Source: Ranitomeya imitator
Taxonomy: Eukaryota
Assembly (NCBI RefSeq): GCF_032444005.1
Contig: NC_091286.1
Location: 639,282,001-639,346,000, forward strand
Direction of reading: 5' to 3'
DNA: 64,000 nucleotides
Below are positions 1 to 10,874 of the stretch, piece by piece. The position numbers were made by a program, and so were the translations under genes. The notes beneath the pieces are model-generated. The model searched no databases, was not told the origin of the DNA, and saw only the letters and a program-made list of their open reading frames with translations. Every line of letters begins with the position of its first letter. The stretch's first letter is position 1.

Positions 1-862
1 TGGAGGGGCCTTAAATAGTAAGCGTCTCCCAGCCATTGGCTGGGGACACTTTAGGATGTGCACGTGGCCCCTTTAAGAAGGAGGGAGCAAGCATGCCCTA
101 AGAACAGTTCCTGGGAATCTGCGAGCCGTGCATGCACCCCTGGAAGTAGCAGACAAGGAATGAGGAGGAGAAGCGAGATGGGGGCCACGGCGGTGAGTCA
201 ACCACCCTGCCGGGGGGAGAGGGACAGCGTGCAGCACGCTGGCGCTCCGGCATCTAACTTACTTGTGGTTAAACGATGATATATTGGACAAGCTGTTGCC
301 CATGGTGTGAAGAAATTATGTTACATCCAATTGAACATTCCAATTCCTAAATATAGTTCTCCTGCAGAAATAACTGAAATAATTCCTTACGGGTGACTGA
401 CTATTATTAATGGGGATTTGAAAACTGTTACTTGTCTCATTTTTAGGAATTAGAGAAACAATTTCCAAAGAGTAAAACTGGTCAGGATAGGAATTTTTTC
501 TAGAAATCCTTTCCTAGTAAATATCTGTTCACGTGCCCAAATGTGGAAATGTTTTAATCATAGGAGTGTACAGAGCGGGCTGACAACAGTCCCATTAGGC
601 TGCAAGAGTGACAATGGGAGGATTATGACTTACAGATGGTATTTAAAGGAGACTTTGAGCTTTGGTTTATAAAACTTCATCATGTTATAAATGGAAAGTT
701 CTATAGCTTTCTAACAAAATTTGTATTTTAATGACTCACTATTTAAAACATATTAGCTTTCTGTCAAAGAATGAGAACAATCTCATTTTCTTGCTTATAT
801 TTAGAAACAGCAAACCTGTATACAGCAAGTCATGTAACTCCTAGTGCTATCATAGATGCTAC

Positions 863-2123
863 TGGAGCGCACCCAGTAGAGCAATGGGGTACTCGGAGCC
901 GGGCCCTTCGGTTCTCGTTGGGGATGTCACGGTGGCTGACCCAGTCCGTGGCCCTCGGGAGGTCCGTAAATGATTGGGGGGAAAGGTCTTTAAAGGGGAA
1001 ATGTTCATGACGCCACCTGTGTTATTCGGTCAGGGTGACCGACGCTGCTTAGGGGTCCACTGGGGTGATGTTATGGCAGCTAGATGGTGTACCTTCCCAC
1101 AGGTGAAGTGTATCCCCAGGGCTTCCCAGAGTGTAGATGGTGGATGGTGGATGCTGTAAGGCGCAGTGAATAACGAGGACACAAGGTTGCAGTCTCTTTA
1201 CCTTTACTGAAGGCTTCAGCATCCACAGCCCAGAGCACCAGATTACAGGGCAGGGAGAGTCCGGCCGGTCTGAAGGCAATTCCAGAGTCCCCTTATCCAG
1301 GTGGAAATCAGTAGCCTTCCTCTAGCGCCTGAGTGTTGTAGTACCTCCCTGCTGAGCTTCTCGGTGAGGTCCTCACAACTGATGTTGGTGTTCTCAATGT
1401 TATGTCTCTATCTCTCTCTCAGTCCCCCAGATTGTATGGATAGGACAAACCCATATGACTGATGGCCTGAGGCTTTTTATAGGGACCCTACGATGCTCCA
1501 GCCCCCACAAGTTGCCATCGTGCCTCCTGGGTGTAAGGTCGGGCAGCTAACATGGAATTAACTGTCCTGCCAGTCTCTGAAGTAAAGCATAGAGTTCCTT
1601 ACTCCCTCGGTGTTCTGGCTACCGGCTTCTGCGCCTCAGAAGGAAGCAGCCTATTGCAGGGCAGAACTCCCTCTGGATTCCTCTCGTGCTATGACTTCGT
1701 TTCTCACTCTCAGCAGCGCAATTCTCTTCGTGTCCTTTCTTAGGATGCTGCCGCACGTGGGGCAGGCGCAGCTCCGTAACCCTCTGGCTAGGCCTCTGAC
1801 AGGATCCCACCCCTGTCAGGGACCTCTCTGTCTGCAGCTGTTTGATGTTCCTCCTTCCCCCTGTCTCCCTGACAGGTGCTGCCTGGGTGAAGCCCAGTCA
1901 GATTCTGCCTAACTTCCTATCCAGACCACCAGTTTTACCTAATTGTGAAGAGTGCCCTACTAAATAGGAGCATAGCTCCCCCTAGTGGACTGGAGTGTGA
2001 AGTGTGTTGTGTGGTTTTGTGATACCTGGTAAGGTGATCTCCTTTATTGCCTTCAGACGTAACATCACTCCCCCTGGTGGAAGAACGACATTACTGCAAC
2101 GACCAGGACCCTGGGGCGCTGTA
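863..2123 (-). mobile_element. Solo LTR of a Gypsy family related to the LTRs of the 8129-19833 element
   Basis: Its reverse complement starts (TA)CAGCGCCCCAGGGTCCTGGTCGTTGCAGTAA and ends GTGCGCTCCA, matching both termini of the 8129 LTR. Flanks ctac/ctat look like a 4-bp TSD with one mismatch. Confidence 0.85.
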
Positions 2124-2744
2124 CTATCATATCTGGTGTAGAATATGGTCTGTGAGCTGAGCAAATATCATAAAGTTTACTACAATGTAATAATAACTAG
2201 TATAAAAAAGTGATCACCTGTGCTAAAGAGTAAAGCTTAGTTTTGGGAATATGGAGAAATTGACTAACCAGGACCTAATATGTAGATGTTTGTGGTGTCA
2301 GGTGCTACAAGCAAATATTTTCAATTATACAGAAGTTGTGCTAGAGGGTGCCTAACTGTTCTAATATTAAAAGCAGAACGAACAGTGGAATGATGCTGTT
2401 CATTAGCTTATAGACTTACTTAGTTTGTTGGCAGCGGTGAGATGCTTTCATGATGACAAGTGCAGAGTCCGTTTTTAGGATGAAATGTTAGCGCACTGCA
2501 GGGTTGTAGATAACAGACCTTCCCCTTACAGAATGGCATGGAGCCCCGTAGCAACCAGGGAGTGATGCGGGAGGGTCCTCCCCTTCAAAAGGGTCCTCCT
2601 AGCTGGCCGCAAAGAACCGCCGGCTTCAGGCGTGCCCTGGCCGGAAGCAACGCCGAGGCTGTGGCGGAGTGCAGAGGGTGCGTGTCAAAAAGATTTGTGA
2701 GGTCACACAGCTGATAGACAGGCGCGTGTAGGGGACAGATTAGT

Positions 2745-2783
2745 CCAACGCGTTTCGAAGGATACGTTCCTTCTTCCTCAGGG
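2745..2783 (-). ncRNA. Minimal hammerhead ribozyme motif (Penelope-like element type) in a PLE remnant (~2560-3050)
   Basis: Minus strand reads CUGAGGA-A-GAAGGA-acgua-UCCUUC-GAAAC-GC-GUU. Stem II is a perfect 6 bp and stem III is the palindrome ACGCGU. Confidence 0.75.
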
Positions 2784-3200
2784 CTATGGCTCCCCTGTGT
2801 AGCCCGTCCTTATAGAGTATCGCCCACCTGTCGCCTCTGCTGTTTGATTGAGTGCTATGTGTAGCGGATCTTGTAATTAATTGGAATGACCTGCGTTCAT
2901 GCTAAAAATGTCTTTCAGGTGCCTTTAAAGAACAGGGGTATGAAACACATGTTAAAGCATGCAGTGCTTATCTTGAGTGTTCAAAAATGGATATATAGAG
3001 TATATTTATGGAGCATTTGTTGCATCAAAAAAGGAGACACGTGTTTTTTACACTAAAGATATGCCATTTTTGTAATAAAACCAATGCGTGCTCTATATAC
3101 CATATTTAGAATATGAATTGTGCTTGAGATTAGAGCGAAAGATACTTTATTGAATGTGGATTTTGCTAAATTAAAAAAACACTATTTTATTAATAATATA

Positions 3201-4374
3201 CCGTATATACTCGAGTATAAGCCGAGATTTTCAGCCCAAATTTTTGGGCTGAAAGTGCCCCTCTCGGCTTATACACGAGTCAAGGTGGGTGGCAGGGTCG
3301 GCGGGTGAGGGGGTGAGGGCGCTGAGGCATACTTACCTAGTCCTGGCGATCCTGACGCTCCCCCTGCCGTCCCACAGTCTTCTGTGCTGCAGCGTCTTCC
3401 CCTCTTCAGCGGTCACGTGGGACCGCTCATTAAAAAAATGAATAGGCGGCTCCACCTCCCATAGGGGTGGAGCCGCGTATTCATTTCTCTAATCAGCGGT
3501 GTCGGTGACCGCTGATAGAGAAAGAGGCTGCGGCACCGAAGACCAGGCAGAGGCAGAGGATCGCTGGGAGCAGGTAAGTATTTTATATTCACCTGTCCGC
3601 GTTCCAACCGCCGGGCGCCGCTCCATCTTCCTGGCGCCTCCATCTTCCCGGCGTCTGCGCTCTGACTGTTCAGGTCAGTCCTGATCAGTCAGAGCAGAGA
3701 CGCCGGGAAGATGGAGGCGCCGGGACCGGACGCTGGGAGCTGCAAGCAAGAGAGGTGAGTATGTGTTTTTTTTTTTATTGCAGCAGCAGCAGCGACAATG
3801 ACAGAGCATCTATGGGGAAATATGAACGGTGCAGAGCACTATATGGGGCACAGCTATGGGGCACAATGAACGGTGCAGAGCACTATATATGGGGCACAGC
3901 TATGGGGCACAATGAATGGTGCAGAGCACTGTATATGGGGCACAGCTATGGGGCACAATGAACGGTGCAGAGCACTGTATATGGGGCACAGTTATGGGGG
4001 CAGTATGGACGGTGCAGAGCATTGTATATCTGGCACAGATATGGGGCAATAATGAATGGTGCCGAGCACTATACGGGGCACAGATATGGGACAAAATGAA
4101 CGGTGCAGAGCACTGTATGGGGAACAGCTATGGGACAAAATGAACGGTGCAGAGCACTATATGGGGCACAGCTATGGGGAAATATGAACGGTGCAGAGCA
4201 CTATATGGCACAGCTATGGGGAAATAATGATCTATTTTTATTTTTGAAATTCACCGGTAAATGCTGCATTTCCACCCTAGGCTTATACTCGAGTCAATAA
4301 GTTTTCCCAGTTTTTTGTGGCAAAATTAGGGGGTCGGCTTATACTCGGGTCGGCTTATACTCGAGTATATATGG
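3201..4374. mobile_element. Non-autonomous Tc1/mariner (pogo-like) element
   Basis: TIRs CCGTATATACTCGAGTATAAGCCGA / TCGGCTTATACTCGAGTATATATGG, TA on both sides. It has an internal hairpin (3633-3721) and a minisatellite. Confidence 0.85.
3805..4225. repeat. ~42-bp minisatellite inside the pogo-like element
   Basis: Repeated ATGAACGGTGCAGAGCACTATATGGGGCACAGCTATGGGGCACA units. Confidence 0.9.
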
Positions 4375-4567
4375 TAAACTAAAAATAATGTGTGTAGACC
4401 TAAAAATCAGGTAGACTTTGCCTGAAGGAATATTAAAAGAGGTGTTTCATTAGCTAAAACAATTAAGGTGCATTATATAAATAATATGTGATAAATATCT
4501 TGGTAAGAACTTGGCAGGTAGTATATAGTATGGTTTACTACAATGTATCAGGCTGTTGCTCAGGATA

Positions 4568-4986
4568 TTAAAGGGAATCTGTCAACAGGTTTATGCTACG
4601 TAATCTGAGAGGAGCACAATGTAGTGGAAAAAAAGCCTGATTCCAGGGATGCGTCACTTACTGGTCTTTGTTTCACTGTTTCAATGCAATCAGTGTTTTA
4701 TCAAAAGGAGATTATCACTGCAGGACAAGCTGTCTCATGCATCCTGGTCCAGCCACACCCTTAGCACTGCACAGCAGTTTTCTGTCAATGTACATTGGTG
4801 TGTGCAGTGTTATGCAGAGCTCAAAATCTCAGCTCTGTTAAATCTGCAACAGAGGAAACTCTGATTCTTTCACAACTGCTACACCCAAAGAACTAAGTGA
4901 TACATTGTTAGAATCAGGGTCTCTGTCCCAACATAATGATGTTGTCAGATTACATAGCAAAATCCTGCTGCCAGATTCACTCTAAA
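4568..4986. mobile_element. Kolobok/T2-type MITE (TTAA target), degenerate right end
   Basis: Starts TTAA-AGGGAATCTGTCA and ends with the degenerate inverse CTGCCAGATTCACTCTAA. Confidence 0.55.
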
Positions 4987-5520
4987 CACACAGAGCATTG
5001 CCTAGATAAAGACAATTATATCAACTCCCCACCCATTGTACAAATAAATATTTAATGCTCAGAATATAAAACTAGCAAGGCTAGTTATCAAGAATAGAGT
5101 GGTCCACACGCCGTGTTTTTAATTATTTAAATAAAAAATTTAATTAAACCGGTGTGGGGTCCTCTACATTTTTGATAACCAACCTTGCTAAAGCAGACAG
5201 CTGTTACGGGGCCAATATTGGATATTGGCCCTCAGCCAAAAAATAGCAGCCCCCAGCTGCCCAGAAAAGGCACATCTATTAGATGCACCAATTCTGGTGC
5301 TTTGCTCTGCTCCTCCCACTTGCCCTGTGGCGGTGGCAAGTGGGGTAATATTTGTGGGATTGATGTCACCTTTGTATTTTCTGGTGACATCAAGCACATG
5401 GCTTAGTAATGGAGAGTCGTCTATAGGACACCTATCCATTACTAATCCTATAGTTGCATGGTAAATAAACACACAGCCAGAATAAAGTCTTTTATTTCAA
5501 ATAAAAACAAAACACAGTTA

Positions 5521-6558
5521 GGCCATGTTCACACGATCCTTTTTTTCATGCGGCATTGCCGCGATTTTCCCGCAGCTGTTTTCCATGCAGGGTACATTAC
5601 ATTGTACCCTATGGAAAACAGGAACTGCTGTGCCCACAATGCGGAAAAAAAAAAAAAAAAAGCCGCGCTGAATAGCTGCGGGAAAAAAGAAGTACCATGT
5701 CACTTCTTTTTTCGGAGCCGCAGCGGTTCTGCACCCATTGACCTCCATTGTGAGGTCAAACCCGCAGTAAAACCCGCAGATGAAAAAAATATCTGCGGGT
5801 TTTACTGCGGTTTGTGGTGCAGAACCGCTGCAGCAGGAAGTGCGGGGAAGCGGGCGGAAGTGCGTGGGCGGAGTGTGGCTGCCCCCCCGTGCTCCGATCC
5901 CGCCCCCCCGTGCTCCAATCCCACCGCCCCGTGCTCCGATGCCCCCCCCCCAGTGCTCCGATGCCCCCCCCCGTGCCCTAATCTCCCCCCCTTATACTTA
6001 CCCGGCGTCCCGGTGTCCGTCCGGCCGTCTTCTCCCTGGGCGCCGCCATCTTGCAAAATGGCGGGCGCATGCGCAGCGCGCCCGCCGAATCTGCCGGCCG
6101 GCAGATTCGTTCCAAAGTGCATTTTGATCACTGAGATATAATCTATCTCAGTGATCAAAATAAAAAAAAATAGTAAATGACACCCCCCCCTTTGTCACCC
6201 CCATAGGTAGGGACAATAAAAAAAAATTAAGAATTTTTTTTTTTTCACTAAGGTTAGAATAGGGTTAGGGGTAGGGTTAGGGGTAGGGGTAGGGTTAGGG
6301 TTAGGGGTAGGGTTAGGGGTAGGGTTAGGGGTAGGGGTAGGGTTAGGGTATTTTCAGCCATTTTAACCCTAAAAAACTTCCTAGAAAACACACAGACTCT
6401 GCATAGAAAACTGCATAAAAAAAGGATCAAAAAACGCACCAAAAAAGGACAAAAAAAGGACCAAAAAAAGGACCTGCATTTTCTGCCAAGAGCTGCAGTT
6501 TTTTAAAAAACAGTCCTGAAAAAAAAAGGATGGAAATCAGGAACGTGTGAACATACCC
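5521..6558 (+). mobile_element. PIF/Harbinger-type MITE 'A' with a GC-rich core and telomere-like repeats
   Basis: TIRs GGCCATGTTCACACG / CGTGTGAACATACCC, TTA TSD on both sides. A second, inverted copy lies at 25642-32301. Confidence 0.85.
6252..6348 (+). repeat. Interstitial telomere-like (TTAGGG/GTAGGG)n tract inside MITE A
   Basis: Direct reading shows mixed TTAGGG and GTAGGG units. Confidence 0.95.
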
Positions 6559-7481
6559 TTATACTTTTTTATTTAAAAATAACAAACACAGTTATACTCA
6601 CCAAACGGGTATTCCACCGAAGCTTTCGTCTCCTGTAATAAAACAAAAATAAAAAAACAACAATATCCCTCACCTTTCCATCTTTCTGTCCCACTCCGTA
6701 ATCCATGTCTGGGGATAAACAGTTTCTAACCTGGATAGTGCCAAGATGCGACTGTCCAGGCTAAGAACCACTGGTGACTGAACTTCTGCGAGCGCAACAT
6801 TAGTGCCTAGTGGTGACATCATCAAGATTACCGCCGTTCACTGAGGCTGTGTTCACAGCCAGGCTGAACTTTGGTGACCTCAGCACCATGACCTCAGTCA
6901 GTGAGTTCACCACAGTTCAGTTTTACCTGGCTGGTTATCAAAAATACAGGGGAACCCATTTCGTTTTTAAATGTATGTATTTATAGCGCAGGCGCCGGCT
7001 CATGAATACTCCTATCAGCTGACACCTGCTCTCCATGTAATAGCAGCAGCAGGTGTAGGCTCATGGGAGTAGTATTCCCATCAGCCGCAGCCTGCTCTCA
7101 CTGTTATCAGTTGAATATAACTCTTAACATTCTCCACTGCTCATGCAGATCGCCGGCAGAGCAGGGAAGAATAATGAGAATCGTCTTCAGCCTCCGGCAT
7201 TGAGGACTAGTGCTAACAGTACCGCTAATTCCCATGCGATGGTACATGTCACATTGATGACACATGGATATCATGGGTCTATGTCTGTAAGTGTCTCAGG
7301 TACGTGTGAAAACTGTTACCACTCGTACTGGACACACTGACATGTGAAAGAGCCCTTACATGGTGCATGTAAATAAAATTATTATTATTATGCAGATTTG
7401 ATTGAATTTTCATTCTGACAGATTTCCTTTAAAATCCTGACAATATTTTCAATTTTTGACTCTCTACATTTTAGCAGCCAA

Positions 7482-8128
7482 TCACTGGGTTTATTATCCC
7501 TGTACTGTGACATCGCTGTGTTTATTATCCCTGTACTGTGATATCACTGTGTTTATTATCCCTGTACTGTGACATCACTGTGTGTATTATCTCTCTACTG
7601 TGACATCACTGTTTATTATCCCTGTACTGTGACATCACTGTGTTTATTATCCCTATACTGTGACATCACAGTGTTTATTATCCCTGTACTGTGACATCAC
7701 TGTGTTTATTATCCCTGTACTGTGACATCACTGTGTTTATTATCCCTGTACTGTGACATCAGTGTTTATTATCCCTGTACTGTGACATCACTGTGTTTAT
7801 TATCCCTGTACTGTGACATCACTGGGTTTATTATCCCTGTACTGTGACATCGCTGTGTTTATTATCCCTGTACTGTGACATCACTGTGTTTATTATCTCT
7901 GTACTGTGACATCGCTGGTTTATTATCTCTGTACTGTCTCATCACAGTGTTTATTATCCCTGTACTGTGACATCACTGTGTTTATTATCCCTGTACTGTG
8001 ACATCACTGTGTTTATTATCCCTGTACTGTGACATCGCTGTGTTTATTATCCTTGTACTGTGACATCGCTGTGTTTATTATCCCTGTACTGTGACATCGC
8101 TGTGTTTATTATTCCTGTACTGTGACAT
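7482..8128. repeat. 31-bp tandem repeat, left part of the array
   Basis: Unit GTGTTTATTATCCCTGTACTGTGACATCACT, about 20 copies. Confidence 0.97.
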
Positions 8129-9957
8129 TGCAGCGCCCCAGAGATCTGGTCGTTGCAGTAACGTCACTCTGCCACTAAGGGGAGTGATGGTACGTCTGAT
8201 GGCACTAAAGGAATTCTCCTGACCAGGTATCACCAAGCACACATTACACTTCACACTCCGGCCAGTAGGGGGAGCAAAAGGCTTATTTATTGGGCCACTT
8301 CTCACATTGGTAAAACTAGGGGTCGGACAGGAAGTTGTCATGATCCCAATGGCAGGGGATCACAAAAGGACAAGCACAAAAAACAAAACAAGCTCTAGGG
8401 TGATGGAAACTGAGCTGACCGCGATCCTGAACCTAAACACACAACTAGCTGTAGCCGGGGAACGTGCCTACGATGATTCCTAGACGTCTCGCGCCAGCCG
8501 AAGGACTAACTTCCCCTATTAGAAGAAACACAGACCTCTCTTGCCTCCAGAGAAACACCCCACAGAAATAGCAGCCCCCCACATGTAATGACGGTGAAAT
8601 GAGAGGAAAGCACATACGTAGTTATGAAAACAGATTCAGCAAAATGAGGCCCGCTAAAGCTAGATAGCAGAGGATACAAAAGTGAACAGCGAAAAACCCT
8701 ACAAAAAAACCATCCTGAAATTACTTGAACTCATGTGCCAACTCATGGAACATGAGGAGTAATATCAGCCCACTAGAGCAACCAGCAAAAAGGAATCACA
8801 TATCTGAAAGCTGGACTAAGACAAAAATTAAGCAAAACGTGGAACAGGAAAATCAAAAACTTAGCTTGTCCTGAAGATTACAGAAGCGGGAAGCAGAGGT
8901 AACAAGACACACTGATTACATTGATAGCCGGCGAGGAAATGACAGGAAAGCCAGGTTAAATAGGAAACTCCCATATCCTGATAGAACAGGTGGACACCAC
9001 AGACCGCAGAAAACACAAGTCACCCAGTACCATCTGTAACCACCAGAGGGAGCCCAAAAACAGAATCCACAACAGGAAGTTAGGCAGAACGAAGCCTGGG
9101 AGAGTTCCAGGGAGGACCTGTCAGACCTGGGAAATCTGGCAGGTACCTAGCGAAAGGGACAGATTGTTACGGGACCGCGCCTGCACTACCTTGCGGCGGT
9201 ATCCAAAGAAAGAGACAAGAAAGGAAGGATATTGTGGAACAGTGAGAAAAGAGATCAGCACAAAGGAGATCCAGTAGGAGTCGTGCCCCGAGAACGGCAA
9301 CATCTTACTGAGGCGCATAGTCGGTGGCCGAAGCACCGAAGAAGTGACAGTCTCCACGCATTACTTCAAACAGCGGCAGGACAGTTAATTACAGGTTGGC
9401 TGTCTACCATACAACACCTAATAAGGGCATAAGAGGCAACGTGGGAGAGGGGCGACACTAGGGTTCCAGAATACCTCCAGGCCTACCTGTCCTAAAGGTG
9501 CGTCCTAGCCAAAATATACCTGGGGGACGTTAGAAACTAGCAACATCTGGAACCAAAGAACGAGAGAGAGAAAGAGAGCTGTAGAGAACGAACGAACGAG
9601 AACAGCAGTTGTGAGGACTATCCTGAATGCTCAAGCAGGGAAGCACTACAACACACAGACGCTAGTGGGTAGACATTGATATCCACCTGCAAAGGGAACT
9701 CTGGATGTGGCCATCGGACCGGCCGGTCTCAGACAGCCCTGGTGAAAGTGCCCCGGATTGAGGATCCTGAAAACCTTCAGTAAAAGGTAAAGAAACTGAA
9801 CCCTGTGTCCTCGTTATTCCTCGCACTACGCACCACCACCTTTATTGGACGCCCCTTAGCAGGGTCACGACCAGGTCCAGCCACCGTGACAACCGCAGAA
9901 CTGAGCAGAAAGGACCGGTACCGAGTGACTTGTGGCCCTGTGTCTGGGGGTGCTCCA
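8129..9957 (+). repeat. 5' LTR (about 1084 bp once the 8336-9074 insert and one TSD copy are removed)
   Basis: About 30 differences from the 3' LTR over ~1083 bp by hand count. Confidence 0.95.
8336..9074 (-). mobile_element. Solo LTR of an unrelated family inserted in the 5' LTR, 6-bp TSD
   Basis: TGTCATG...CACAACA termini and GGAAGT duplicated (8330-8335, 9075-9080). The 3' LTR shows the empty site GACAGGAAGTTAGGC. Confidence 0.93.
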
Positions 9958-9960
9958 ACT

Positions 9961-9979
9961 TGGCGTCACGAACAGGATT
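9961..9979 (+). promoter_or_regulatory. Primer-binding site complementary to the 3' end of tRNA-Ser(CGA)
   Basis: TGGCGTCACGAACAGGATT lies 3 nt after the LTR. It is the reverse complement of ...AATCCTGTTCGTGACG-CCA, the end of a vertebrate tRNA-Ser(CGA) as I recall it. Confidence 0.85.
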
Positions 9980-9987
9980 GTACTTAA

Positions 9988-10626
9988 TTTATACATATTA
10001 GTCCAAAAAAGGTGAATCCGGAACACATTCACAACATCAATATCTCAAAAAACCCAGTAGATATATAAACCAGGCTCCAGAATGTTTATGTTCAAAACTG
10101 TTACCTGCACACAGTTATGGTAGTGAGGTGTATACTCTCTGGTATATGTGTTATATAAGGCTTAGTAGCTAGCGCTAGCGTTACCTGCACACGGTTATAC
10201 CCTGGTGGTGTGGTGTATACGCTCTGGGAATATGTGCAATACAAGGCATATTAGTTAGAACTATAAGTTAACAATATATGCAGATGTAATAGGCTTTTCT
10301 TAGTGATTTCATCATAGCCCCAGTACCTCAATAGAATTATCTCTTTCCAGCACCCTACTCGACCATAGACATATATATATCTTTTGTAGCCACAAAATAT
10401 TAGTCATATGACTACAATGGAAAAGTTTCTTGCATATTCTGTTTCAAAGTGAAATTATTATTGGCTACATACCTGTTAACACCCACTGTGCCGGTGGTTG
10501 GTTTGGAGGCATCCTGTTTTTATTACAATGTGTGTATTTTATTGTATTTTTGTCAATAAAAGTTTCTAGTTTTGAACATAAACATTCTGGAGCCTGGTTT
10601 ATATATCTACTGGGTTTTTTGAGATA
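9988..10626 (+). mobile_element. Penelope-like non-autonomous insertion with an inverted terminal segment
   Basis: 14-bp direct repeat AGGATTGTACTTAA (9974-9987, 10627-10640). Perfect 59-bp inverted repeat (10041-10099 vs 10568-10626) ending exactly at the right junction, with AATAAA just upstream of the right copy. Confidence 0.7.
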
Positions 10627-10874
10627 AGGATTGTACTTAAGCCTGAGGAATCGGGTCATGTGTGCCTTGGAACTGTGACTTATTGCAAAGACTGTGTACC
10701 GCTATTTGCCGCCAAAAATACGCCATTGCCGCGCCACGTGGAGCACGAAGGGAGGAGTCATAGCTTCGTGGGTGGAGCCAGCTGGAAAAGCGCGCGGAGT
10801 GGAAGACGCGGTGAGGCGCCGACCCCGGAAGGAGAACCCCGACCCCGACCGATTAGCAAGGGGGAGGAACGGTC

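Noticed and set aside
1-270. GC-rich segment resembling the end of a minus-strand LTR
   Set aside because: Truncated by the window edge, with no intact terminal dinucleotide or TSD to support a call.
5458-6158. 227-aa Pro-rich ORF and overlapping ORFs
   Set aside because: They lie within MITE A; the second copy does not preserve the frame.
6252-6348. Relic of a chromosome end or fusion
   Set aside because: The tract is internal to a TIR/TSD-bounded MITE and recurs at the same position in the second copy.
10280-10330. Hammerhead core within the PBS insert
   Set aside because: The closest match (ATGATGA...AAAAG on the minus strand) lacks CUGA and a stem II.
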